64,000 nt of DNA from Lama glama (Eukaryota), in NCBI GenBank assembly GCA_028534125.1, contig CM052817.1, forward strand, positions 92,568,001-92,632,000, given 5' to 3'. Below, in pieces: positions 1 through 12,163 of the stretch. Numbering within the stretch: position 1 is the first letter of the stretch; each line of letters begins with the position of its first letter. The position numbers were made by a program, and so were the translations under genes. The notes beneath the pieces are model-generated. The model worked only from the letters and a program-made list of their open reading frames with translations. It was not told where the DNA came from and searched no databases.

Positions 1-98
1 TACATGTATGTATATGCATGACTGGGGCATTGTGCTGTACACTAGAAATTGACACACCGTAACTGATGGTACTTCAATAAAAAAAAAAAGAAAAGAAA
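1..98 (+). mobile_element. L1 3' terminus with poly(A), camelid/cetartiodactyl type
   Basis: tgctgtacactagaaattgacaca...acttcaataaaaaaaaaaa matches the L1 3' ends elsewhere in the window. Confidence 0.8.
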
Positions 99-159
99 GT
101 GTGGTGGTGCAGGACAAGCTTTCTGTACAAAGGGCTGGGGGGAGGGTGGGATGTGGCTC

Positions 160-335
160 TATTTGGTATTTGTTTGAATGTGCAAAAAGGATCTGGGGAA
201 GATACACAAAAAATGGATACAGTGGTTACAAGAGAACAGGGCTGAGATGTTTTCCACTGTATACATTTTAATATCTTTGGAGTTTTGAACCATATGAATA
301 TGTTATTACTCAAAATTTATTTAAATTATAAAAAG
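160..335 (+). mobile_element. Old L1ME-like 3' end fragment
   Basis: gaagatacacaaaaa...ttttccactgtatacatttt...ttttgaaccatatgaatatgttattact resembles L1ME4-type ends. Confidence 0.5.
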
Positions 336-1594
336 TATCTCTGTGATTGTGTCAAAGCGTCTTTTGCTCAGCACGTTAATAAACCATCAACCTCAAGAAT
401 TAGGGGAGGCTTGAGGGAGAGCCGCTAAGGGTTATCATTTGCAATCTCTTCTCAAAAGTTTCCCAAATGTGAAGACCTTAAAGGTAGAATCATTCTCACA
501 GTCCTCCTCAGTACTACTTTTCCTTCAAATGGTGTGATTTAAATACTCACGCACATAAAGCCAATTATAAACTTCTCATGCTCAAAACTTACTTATAGTT
601 ACAAAACCAAAATATGCTCACAAATCAACCACAGCAAAATTATACAACCAACATAAGTCTGAAATAACCACATTAACTAATGGTGAAAGATGAGGTTGTT
701 TTGCTGAAACTAACTTAGATGAGGAATTCTGTACAGGCTCTCTGGGCTCACTGTGTCACCTTCTCTTAAGCAATGTGGTGACTCTGCCACCATTTTCCTC
801 TATTCAAATTCAGGAAACCTTTGTATCCTGTGTTGAGAAATCATCTGACTCTCTTCTGGTCAAATGCATTGTGTACTATTCAAGCTGGCCATTTTTCCAG
901 TGGCTCAAAAACAATTGATCTGGAGCCATCACAATCATAAATCCAAGCGCTAACTTGAGTGTGTCCATCATAAGGTGGTCATAGCAATAACCCAGAATAA
1001 CATGTATTGACTTTGATTAGTATTGTTCATTACTAACAGGATAAAAATGAAAATATCAAACTTTAAAATTATGGTAAGAATTCAGGCTGACAATGTGCAC
1101 AGACCTCCCGCAGTTCGCAGCTGCAAAATTAGCTATAAAATTAGCTGCAAAAAAACAGCTGTAATTAGTTAATACATTAAAGGGGCAGTGCCTCTATTCA
1201 CGGCCCCAGTTGAAGACTCTTTGCCTTGGACTTGATGTTCAAGCCTCTGAGAGGTCAGACTCTTTGGCCCCTGAGTCTGCCTTCACCTCCGATTCTTCTT
1301 TTGTGTCACTGCCCACAGCTATGAAGCAGCTCAGCCCCATTCCTGTGCCCATTTGCAGGCTCTCAAACTCCATTCTGGGGCAAGAGTCTCAAACCGCCTA
1401 CGGCCTAGCGATGAGAGGGATGAGAGTGTAGATCACCTGAGTGATGACATAATTCCCATTTAGCACAAATATCAATTCCCCATAGAGGGCACACGCATTC
1501 CAACCTGCATTTCAAAGCCTCTCGCATTAAGTCTTGACAAAACCCAAGAAACTAATTTCAGTACTAGACATCTGTACAGATGCTTGCTGAATCC

Positions 1595-1720
1595 AGTCTC
1601 CCAGGCATAGGGATGATGTCATATATTTTTCATCTTAAGTGCCTAACATGTGGTAAGCGCCTAATATCTGTCCGATGGATGAATGAGGGAGTGAGTGAAT
1701 GGATGAATAAATGAATAAAA
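1595..1720 (+). mobile_element. L2 3' end
   Basis: agtgcctaacatgtggtaagcgcctaata followed by a (TGAA)n-like tail. Confidence 0.55.
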
Positions 1721-1938
1721 ATAAGTGATGAATTAGCCAGAGAGTAAAACTAGGGAAAAGGCAAAAAAATTTAAAAAATTTTTTAAAAGCAAGCTCATTT
1801 AACTACCGCATGCACCTGAAACATCAGGCGGCCTCTTTTTCACATCTCTAGTGCCCCTCTGATCACCAACAGAAGCAGTGGTACCCTTTTGGAATTAAAA
1901 TTGTTCTCCACATATAAACTTCTTTAAAAACCACAGTC

Positions 1939-2075
1939 AGGGGGAGGATGTAGCTCAGCAATAGAGCACATGCTTATTAGCAAGTACGAAGTCCTGTGTT
2001 CAATCCCCAGTACCTCCATTAAAGATAAATAAACCTAATTACCTTCCCCCCACTAAAAAAGTTTTTAAAAATTAA
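1939..2075 (+). mobile_element. tRNA-derived SINE (camelid vic-1-like) with 14-bp TSD
   Basis: GGGGAGGATGTAGCTCAG (A box) ... gtcctgtGTTCAATCCccagtacctcc (B box), then an A-rich tail. Flanked by TAAAAACCACAGTC at 1925-1938 and 2076-2089, at a TT/AAAA L1-endonuclease site. Confidence 0.88.
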
Positions 2076-3699
2076 TAAAAACCACAGTCTACCAGGGAAC
2101 TGGAGTAGAGTTCTCTTGAGCATTTATTTATAAAGCATTTGTAAGTGCAATGTAGGGAATCATTCTAATAGCTGGCCTGTCACCAAGGCTAAAGCTAAAA
2201 CAAGTAGACAGTACAGGACTTCGGTTAGTAAAACCTGTGGTGTGGTAAACACTTTCCCATGCATTGTGTTTCGTGATTATAAAGGTCAGTAGCTAAATAT
2301 TTCAGGCACATTCTTTTGATACCAGGTTCCATGTTGCCAGGAATGTTGGCCACAACCCAACGAAAGGGAAAGAGGAAACATTTCTCTCAAGTTCAAGCAG
2401 TTTCTGAGTCACATGAAGACTTTTTAATTTGTTTTTACTTAAAATGGTAAGAAGTAATGGTGCTGTTAAAAATTCCAATTAATTTAAATCGGCCACTGTG
2501 GAAAAGGTGGAATCTGCCTCCTCTGATGAGAACGTACGCATATGTACTTCAAACAGATGGCAGTACTGCCATTCTGGGGTCCTGGTATTGCTCTGTTCCC
2601 CTCTGTATCCTTGATTCTCACTCTTCCTCCTTTTCGGATGTCCTCTGTGTCACACAGTCCTCATTCCCCCATAGCTACGGAACTGCCATCAACCAGTTAC
2701 CCTCTCTCTCAACATTTCAGGTTTCATGTGACAATGCAGTGAAACCACCTCACTGGGTTTCAGAGCGTGAAGCTCTTGTAAAAGTAATGAGGGTAAAGAT
2801 GTATATCAGCTAATGTGTTTTTCCTAAGGTGTTAGAGATACGCATGGTTTGAACAACTCCCCTCAGTTTTAATGAGATTGTACCAATGCTAGAGGATTCG
2901 AATGATGCGAAAGTGAGATTGTGTTTAACCACATTCCCGAAGCTCAACTTGTCCATCACAACAGCCAAGAGCCCAATGAAGGCACCAGGGAGATGATAAC
3001 TTCAGTTATGAGTGGTAGGGACTATGTCTTCCCCCAGAAAGACTCCTTCACCCACTTGGTCTTCTCCCATAACTTCAGTTTCACCCTTGACGCCCACTCT
3101 GACTCAAGGCACTAAAACTCTTTGTCAGAGAGTTCAGTCCTGGGTATGATGAGTAAGCCTGCCAGGGTCCACCATGTAGCTCATCAGACCCCTTTGACAA
3201 TTAACACCTCTTCCACAGCCTGGTGTGTGCCAGCTGGCCTCTCTGAGACCAAGGGCACCTGGCCAGGCAAAAGCCCTCCCCTTTAGCTGCTGGGAAATCA
3301 GATGTCAGATACCCTGACAAAGAATGGATCTGATGGTACTGAGACAGCAACAAGAAACAGGACACGCGTCTGCCTGCACCCCAAAGCCACCGACACACAA
3401 TGGTGAGGAGCTGAGTCTCACAGGGAGTGTGTGAACTATGGGTGCTCTCCACCCACAAATGGAGAACACTGCTGGAATGACCCCTGACCACCCTGAAGAC
3501 GCGCTGAGCCGCTGGTCTAAGCCATCAGCCAGGCAGTACTTGTCTATCCTCAGTGAGTTTCAAGTTAAACGTGACCAATGCCTGTCCTTTACCCGAAGAT
3601 GGTCAGCCACATTCTTACTGAGACCATGGGGCCATTTAGACTAGCTCTGGAGGTCCCAGAAATGAATGCAAGGGGGAAACGGTAGTTGACTGCAGAGCT

Positions 3700-3910
3700 G
3701 AAGCAGGTGGACTCGAGGCAGACTGCCCTGGGCTCACACACCATCAGCTTGAGCACTTACTGGCTGAGGGGCCTGAGGCTCAGATCCGTCCTCTACCAAC
3801 AGGGATAACGTTAAGTGCTACTTACTGGGGTTGTTCTGATGATCAGAGGAGAGTGCCGAACCCTTGGTAAGCAGGCAAGCACTCAGCTGGTGTTAGGCGT
3901 TATTATTATT
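3700..3910 (+). mobile_element. MIR
   Basis: gactgccctgggctc...cacttactggctg...ggggttgttctgatgatca...tattattatt, a diverged MIR layout. Confidence 0.6.
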
Positions 3911-4474
3911 AGGGTCACTAATTATTACGAGGCATCTCACTGCCAAAATCCAGAAATTTTCTTCTGACTAACCCATTTCTTAAAAAGTCATTGAAACCAC
4001 CAAAATGACTGAGTCACAAAGAGTGAATGGTTTGCAAGCTGGTGCCTGTCTTGTGGAAGGAAAACCTGGTCTAAGGAACACCCACACGATCCCATTATAA
4101 AACCGAAGTAAGCATCCGGAGGGCACTTCAGCACACTCGATTCACCACTCATTCGGTCTTGGCGAAAATCCTGAGTAGGGATTATCTTTCTTGCCTTCGA
4201 CCAATGTGAGAAAGTGAAGTTAGTAGAACTGTGACTCAAAGCCAGGCCTCCTTATTCCAAATTCTCTTCTCTTTCCACACCCCATGAAGTGAGAATGTTT
4301 CTTAACTGGTGCACCAGGCCTCAAGGCTGAATCCAGTAAGAAGCAGGGCTACTTTGGGCTTCCACTTCTTCCAAATCATAGAAACCATCCTCTGACATGA
4401 ATGGGGCCGAACACTGGAGGTCGAACAGGACCCTGCTTCCCTCCTCACTCCGTAACTCCCTGTCATCACCATGA

Positions 4475-4600
4475 CATACTGGGCTCTTGCCAGGTTCCAA
4501 CGGCTGCTCTCAACACTCTCCCTCTACACATGCAAACAACTCCAACAGAAAGGCACTACTTTCATCCCCCTTTTACAGATGAGGAGACTGAGGCCAGGAA
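4475..4600 (-). mobile_element. MIR
   Basis: MIR core cccccttttacagatgaggagactgaggc. Confidence 0.7.
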
Positions 4601-7600
4601 ACAGAATTTGCCTGTTTGGCACAATCTGGCTATTCCATGTCTGAGCTGTTTCTGCATTGCTTAAAAGTACCTGGATAAGAGGGGGTAAATTATCCTTCCT
4701 CTTCTCTGGTTGACTTCCAGGACAGCAAGTCTCCACAGACCGCTGCTCACCCCTGTCAGACACCTGTCATAGGTCTTATTTGGAAAGAAAATCAAACACT
4801 AACAGATACCTTTGTACAGTTGCAAATATATTCAAATCTGCAACCACACTCTGCTTTAATAGCTAGATACTAACGTTAGATGTCTCAAACACAAGTACAG
4901 GGAGACTTTTGGGGAGATTAGAACACCTTTCCCAGTGAGGACATTGTTATTGTTTATTCACCCATGTTCTCCAAATCCTAAAGAAAACACTGCCCTGTTC
5001 TCATCTCATTAAGTGCTTATTTAATTAACTAAAATGATATTTGGTCTTGTTCAGGTAACATCAGCCACGCCACTGCCAGTTAATACTGGTTTCAACATAG
5101 AACTCAAGTCTTCCCAGATCTGTTTACACTACAGGACACAACACTCCACCAGGCCCCAGAGTCCCCTACCTGTTATCAGAAAACCAGGTATTCTGTGGAG
5201 AGTGTGATTATTTAAATCCATAACCTATGTAGCTAATTTTAAAGACACTAAATGAATATCAGGGAATGAACATTTGATACAATTCAACTGACAACATATA
5301 TTTACAAATTATAATAATATACATCATGGTGACACTATACAATACAATGGCCAGTGTAAATGTTAGCCTGTGACTAGGTATTTCAATAGGGCATGGACTC
5401 CCCAGTTTGCCCTGGTCCTCACCACTCCCTACTGCCCTGCTGACACTGGAGCTAGCTTCCATGTATCACCTCATGCTCTGATAAAACTACAATCATTGTT
5501 CAAAGGAATGAAATGTATCTCTATAACTATAAACTACATCTCCATCAAAGCTGGAAAAACAAAAGATAGACTGAAAGGGCTACATGTTTCAAAATATTTG
5601 GGAGAAGATATTTCTTTGTACAATAAAGAATATTCATAAATGTTTAATGTTTTTAAAAAAACTGACCTTTACAAGAGAGGCAACAGCCCTCTTCCCAGTA
5701 CTCCCTCCTTCCTCATGCCCCTTCAAAAATAATTATTTGAGTTCTAAATGCCAGGAGTTATTAAATATCCAGACACTAAGCCCTCCCTTATTTAGTTAAT
5801 GTCACGAACAGACTTGCCCAGGAAAACAAGAGAAGTCTTTCCAGAGAAATTTCTTTCTGAGAGAGGCTTTCTAGATCCTTCAGGGGGGTTGGGGAACTGT
5901 AAATCTGATACTTCTTAATGCCTGGGTCTTTGTTTTCCTCTGTTAATTTAGGCAAACAACCTTACAACTTTAAACTAAATAACATTAACTTCTTATTACG
6001 TGTGTTTACACACTCATTTCCATAAAGTCAGATTCCTCCCAGGCTACCTGGGCAAAAGGCCTCCTGAGACAGGTGAGCAGGCGCTCTGTTTCCTACTTGG
6101 ATTGTTCCATAATTAAACAGTAAACGGTACTTCAAATCTAAAGGTACATGGAATCTCAAGGTATGTGGAAATGCCTATGCTTCTTTTTAACTCTGCAACT
6201 GATATAAAAACAATGCATTATATTACTTCCAAAGTAATAAGGAATAGTCAGTGTCATGCAGATTTAAAAACCAAACAACCTAACCATTTATCATCCCAGT
6301 TACAGTAACAAAACGTTTTTTTCTTTTCCTTTCTCTTCTTTTCTCTTTCCTCTTCTTCTTTCCTCCTCCATCCTCCCTCCCCGTTTCCTTCCTTTTCTTC
6401 TTCTAATTTTTTCCTTCCTGTTTTCTAGTGAACACCTGTTCCTTGTGGGCAAGGCTGTTTTATTATGCCCCATTTTCACTTGGTACGTGCTACCACCAAG
6501 CTGATGGCTGCTAAGCAGACTTCTGATACTGTCAGTAAGTTGTTCCTAGTTTTGTTTGGTAGATGGAGGCTACTTGGACAGAAGAAGACTTCATTTGGAA
6601 ACACAGTCTTGATACCACATTAAACCTGACACTTTTGGCTTTCAAGGGAGTTTCAGTGTCTCATTTGGCCCTCATGATAAACATGTAAGGTAGGTAGAGG
6701 GAATGATCCCCATTTTCAGTTGAAAAACAGTGTCAAAGAAGTTAAAAACCATGGCGCTGATGGGTCTCCTTCCATTCCAGAAAGTCCTGTAAGTTAGCAA
6801 CCACCAGAAATGTTTAAACTCCTTCACCCCACCTATAGTTTATAATGAAAGATAAATATAGAATTTTTTATCAAATTCTTTCTATTTGCCATGAACTACC
6901 TCAAATAGGAGCAGATACCCTCTTTGACATTCACATTCTACTGGAAGGACATTTCCAAAGCCCTTTTAAAGATGATTATCCTCATTTACTAAGTTTTTTG
7001 AAAATACTCTCTCCCATTCTGTGTGGATATTATAGATCCTGCAAGACAAAGATCTAGGTGGTGAGTAAGAGCAAGCAAAAAAAGTATTCACCTTTGAATT
7101 TTTATAAAGTCTTGTGTTTTAAAAAGTGGGCTATCAGCACAAGAGAAACAGAAATCTGCAAGTGGCCGTTACAAGCACACACGCGAGAGTCTGGTACAGC
7201 CGTACCACTCAAGTGATCAGACACTGTCCCTGCGACAAACTGAAACGTCCACAAAAAATGAAGAAGAGGTGTCCTCTGCTAGCCAAAGTTTTTATGGGCG
7301 CTAAGAAAGGAGGGACAGCTCACAATTCATTATTGATATTTCCAGCAAGGGGCCAACCCAAGTTATCTGAGTTAGGAAAAAGTCACGGGGTGCTTGCTTG
7401 GTCAAACACACCCTAAAATTGGAATCATGTGGACAAGATTAGCAGGGCTTTGAAAAGAACACCCCATAAATGTTCAAAAGCAAAACTACATGACGCCTTT
7501 AGGAGGACTCCATGGAATCTGCCATGAAGATGGGAGTTACGTCAGGAGAGAGGCATGCTGACTTTTATCAAGGAGAGGATGAGGGGGAAGGGGACAGTGG

Positions 7601-7789
7601 GCTTGGATAAACAGGTTAAAGTCAGAGGGAATGTAGCTCCCTCTTCCTAAAGCTCACAGAGACACCCAAGTGGGGCCATACTTGAGAGACTAGAGACGTT
7701 CCATTGCAAAAGAGAGAACGGAAAGGAAATAGGAAGGAAGTGAGAAGGAAGGGGAGTCTGCAGGATTAGTATTCTGACAGTTGTCTAAG

Positions 7790-7889
7790 NNNNNNNNNNN
7801 NNNNNNNNNNNNNNNNNNNNNNNNNNNNNNNNNNNNNNNNNNNNNNNNNNNNNNNNNNNNNNNNNNNNNNNNNNNNNNNNNNNNNNNNN
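7790..7889. other. Assembly gap (100 N)
   Basis: Run of N. Confidence 1.
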
Positions 7890-8759
7890 CTGAAAATCAC
7901 TTGGGTAGAAAATTCAAAGCTGATAAACAGAAGACTTTAGAGGACTGGCTCTTCATTTTTGGACTCCTAATCCACTCTAAGGAGCTGACAGACGTGGTGG
8001 AGCCTCAGCTCCAGAAAAATATGAACTCCTAATGAATTCCATAAATCTCGTATATAATTTCATGTCGTTCCAAGATCTGAACCCCCACCAGCCTAAGTAT
8101 CTTTAAAAGAAAAATGCAGTTCAGGGAGCCAAACTATTACAAAGATCCTATTAAAAAAACTCAGTAACATTTTTACATCCACAAAGAGAAAAGAAGCAGG
8201 TACTGAAGAAAGAAAATACGATCTCTGACACAAATTACATTAGTGAAAATTGGTATCGTTTCTCCAATCTGTTGGAGATTGACCCTCTGCACGATAAACA
8301 CGGATACTGGTTTTCTTTGTGGAATATCCATCAAAACAGACCTTTTCCTTCCCTGGTCCTCCATCAGTGCCCTCTCAACTGTTTAACTTGGAATGGCTCT
8401 ATCTCATGGTCCAAAGACAGCTTAACTAGAAGGCTGGATATGGGGAAAGTTTGGAGACCTTTCTTAGGAAACTCCAGAGACAGTTTTCAGACTTCCTCCC
8501 TGGCACAGAGTCAGGTAACTGTAACCTATGACAGCCACTGGCCAACGACACCGTAACACTGGAGAAGGAGCAGCCTGGCTCTGCCTTTCCCTTCATATCC
8601 ACACTCAAGATTGCATTTCTAAGACTGAGACTGACTTCGCCTCTGTTTCCTTTAGCTTTCCAAAGGGTGCGCTCCAGTTTCACCTTCCTCTCTTCTTTTT
8701 TCTTTGTTTCGCTTTTTATCCTTCTTTCTTTCCAAATGCAGTCATGCAGTCACAGCTAA

Positions 8760-8960
8760 GTACAAATCCAGACTCTGTCTGTTACTAGCAGGGTCTCCTG
8801 AAGTGAGATACTTAACTTCTCCAGCATGTGGTTTCCTCATTTGTAACAGACGGAAGAATAACTACCCTACAGGGTTGTTATGGAAATCAAATTAGTAATG
8901 TATGAAAAGTTCTCAGCTGAAAGCCTGAACCACAGAAGAATTTCATCAAATGTTAGCGCC
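8760..8960 (+). mobile_element. MIR
   Basis: aaatccagactctg...cttaacttct...gtttcctcatttgtaa...agggttgttatgga...aaatgttagc. Confidence 0.75.
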
Positions 8961-9123
8961 TCCGCCTTTACCCTCTATGCCAATAGTAAAAATAAAAGGA
9001 AGTACATACAACTAAGCATTAATAAAATAATACGACCACAATAACAATGACTTGGAAATTTAGCTTTTAGATCATGTAGATATGAAAATGTATTACAAAG
9101 AAGCTTATAGAAATAATGTACTT

Positions 9124-9365
9124 TACAAACTACTATGTCCAAAATAGATACACAACAAAGACCTACTGTATAGCACAGGGAACTATATTCAGTATCTCGT
9201 AATAACCTACAATGAAAAGAACACGAAAAAGAATATATATATATATATATCTGAATCACTATGCTGTACACTAGAAACTAACACAACATTGTAAATCAAC
9301 TAGACTTCAACTAAAAAATAAAATTAAATAAATAAAAGGGTAGATCTTTAACAATTTAAAAAAAA
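9124..9365 (+). mobile_element. 5'-truncated cetartiodactyl L1 with 15-bp TSD
   Basis: ctgtatagcacagggaactatattcagtatc...ctgaatcactatgctgtacactagaaac. TSD AGAAATAATGTACTT at 9109-9123 and 9366-9380. Confidence 0.9.
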
Positions 9366-10500
9366 AGAAATAATGTACTTCACATTATTCATTACAGTAC
9401 TAGATATGCAAATATTCTAAAAAAGGCAATGGAGTAAAAAAAGTAAATAAATTAATGATTTCTTCTTTCAATGCTTTCAAGAGTCCAAATGTAAATCTGT
9501 TAAGTCCTGCTTATTTTTATTACAGATTACCTTGGTTCCCAGGTTAATATAAAGATTTTAAAAATTCACTTGGACTACTGAAATGTAAAGAGTTTCATTA
9601 TTAAGAAGCAAGTAATCTAGAAAAAACTATATGAGATAAACAAAGAGTTCGGCTTTTCTGTTTCCAATGTAAACAGATCAAGTCCTTAATGTTCTACTTG
9701 ACCTTCGCTCTGGCAAACACTTGCCCAGCAAGCCTCAGAATAATGGAGCCAAAAGGTAGGAACGCATTTCACAGACCTCACTTCCAGGGCTGGACAGTTA
9801 ATCACCTGGCCTAGTGATCCGTGGGCCCCAACAGAGAGTAGAATTAATCCAACTAAATGCAAGCTTCCAATCCAGATCTCGTGTGGTGAGTTAGGAGGAC
9901 CTTAATGGATCTCTCGAATGGATCCCACAGCCAGGGAACCCCCAGCTCCCTGAGAGCAAATGTAAATAACCAACAGCAATACGTGAAATGCCTTTTGAAG
10001 CAAATCAGAAGCCAGTGGCAACTGCAGAAGAACTTGAAAAATGGCTGGCCAGTCAATCTGAACACATCCCTGACAGGAAAGGGAAACAAAGCAAAAGGGA
10101 AAGCAGGTCAATGATTTCTTCAGAAATCATTTAACTAACTACTGGTTTAACTACTAGGTAATATGTCTAACTTACAAATTCCTGATTGGCTAATTAACCA
10201 CATATCTGTATATATATAAATATAAAGAAAAGTGGCCACACCCCTGCCTCCCACCTCTGTCCTCTCCCTGGTGGTCCCAGTTTGCCACAGTCAGGGTCAT
10301 TGGTGCAAGGAGAGGGGAGAGAAGAGAAAGAGAGGAGAGAAGAGAGAGGGAGGGAGGGAGGGAAAAAGAGAGAGAGTTCTGGGTTTACTGCCAGAGCTTT
10401 CAAAATGTGCATCTCTAGGAAGAAGGGAGGGAGAGAGGTGTGCAGGTAGCATGGTTGAAAGTTGCTGATCAAAAATTACCTCCACCAAAAATTAACTATT

Positions 10501-10746
10501 AATATACATATATATGTATATATACACATCCTTCTTCATTACAGGTTACCACAAGCCATTGAATATAGCTCCCTGTGCTGTACAAGTAGGACCTTGTTGT
10601 TTATCTATTCTGTACGTAGTAGTTTGCATCTGCCAATCCCAAACTCCCAAGTAATCCCTTCATCCCCCCTCTCCACCCTCCTAATTATGTTTGTTTTCTA
10701 TGTCTGTGAGTCTCTGTCTTATAAATAAGTTCATTGGTTGCATACT
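10501..10746 (-). mobile_element. L1 3'UTR fragment lacking its terminus
   Basis: Reverse complement of the same family (ttgaatatagctccctgtgctgtacaagtagg...tttgttttctatgtctgtgag). Confidence 0.85.
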
Positions 10747-11271
10747 GACTTATCTTTTTAAAGTCACAAAAATATCAGATAACCACTCGCTTTATCAGCA
10801 CCTTTTAAAACTGCAGTGTCTCTGTTAACTGCAGGACTCACAGAGGTGTTAATTACTCAGAGCCAGATGCCTCCCAACACCTGACTGAGAGCATCACCAG
10901 GAGGAGGGCAACGATGGACCATCACCTACGGCAGCTCCCTGTGTCTCCTGTCTTACCTGACTTACCTCACGGAGTCCTCACACTTGGCACTGAAAGGTTA
11001 TTGAGCCTTATATAAGGAAATCAAGCTCAGAAAGGAAGAGACACTTCCTAAATCACATCTCTTGGTAACGGATGGGGCTGAGATTTTAACCTAGTTTTGA
11101 ATCCGGTGGTGTCCTTACTAAGGGAACGACTGAAAAAGACTAGAGCCCTGTGAGGGGTAGAGAATGCAAAAGACCAAAAGACGCAGTGAGGTTAGCGACC
11201 CTGGAGGCTCCCCTATAGCCTTTGGCCCTCGGTGCACTCAGGTACTAGGAACACGCCTGGGCTCCAGCCTC

Positions 11272-11311
11272 CCAGATCCAGATCCAGACCCAGACTCAGA
11301 CCCAGACCCAG
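11272..11311 (+). repeat. (CCAGAY)~7 hexamer tandem repeat
   Basis: ccagat ccagat ccagac ccagac tcagac ccagac ccag. Confidence 0.9.
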
Positions 11312-12163
11312 GCCACAAGGTGGTCCCGGCCACAGCCATAAACATCACAAGCTGCCCGGTTCCAAATGACAAATTCCTGATTTGTACACAACTACAAAAC
11401 AACTACAAAAAATATAAGGAAAAGTGGCCACGCCCCTGTTTTAGTGTGCAGGCCTGGGAGCCATCCTACAGCGTACAACCTGATCTCTTCACCAAATGGG
11501 TCCTCTCTGTGCACGATGACGGCAAAGCAGAAAATGTCCACAGTGTCCCTGCAGCAGGAAGTCAGCCTCACCCCCTCGAATTTCCAAAAGGAAGCTCGGA
11601 GTTCAATTTCTCTTCCCTACTTTTGGAGCTCAGTTTATAAACACCTGGAAGATGTCAAAAGCCACCTTAAATCCTACACAAATTACGTGCATTCATTCTG
11701 ACAGCTTCTTTGTAGAATAAGGGAAAGTCTCAAGACAAACTGGAATGGGCGACTAAATTGTTCTGTGGACAAAATTCTCTCAAAATTGATACAACAAGCA
11801 GAGCGGGGAGGAATTCACGGAACAAGCAAGTAACATCTGCTTTTGTCTAATCAGGCTTCTCGCCAGAGCACTTGGTTATTATGTAAGTACGGGAGCCAAC
11901 CCCATACACAGCTCCAGACCACTGCCCGCCCCAACACACTCAAGTCACCAGTTACAACACTAGGCTCCCTGAGGAACTAACACCCATTTTACTGGCTTTA
12001 GATAGAATTAGTCTACAAAGAAAAACATTAACTGCTAAGTGCAACTAGTTGCAACTTCGTTAATACTACACATTGGCAAGAGGAAAGCGTGTACCCTGAA
12101 AACAAGCCTGGGTTAACTAGTGAGGTTTCCAGACCATTGCTTTGTTATTCTCTCTCTCATTAC

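Noticed and set aside
1119..1170. Degenerate AGCTGCAAAATT tandem with two CAGCTG E-boxes
   Set aside because: It is short and imperfect, consistent with replication slippage, and has no unique spacers or other support.
1940..2020. tRNA-like sequence
   Set aside because: The A-tail and TSD identify it as a SINE, and the cloverleaf is degenerate.
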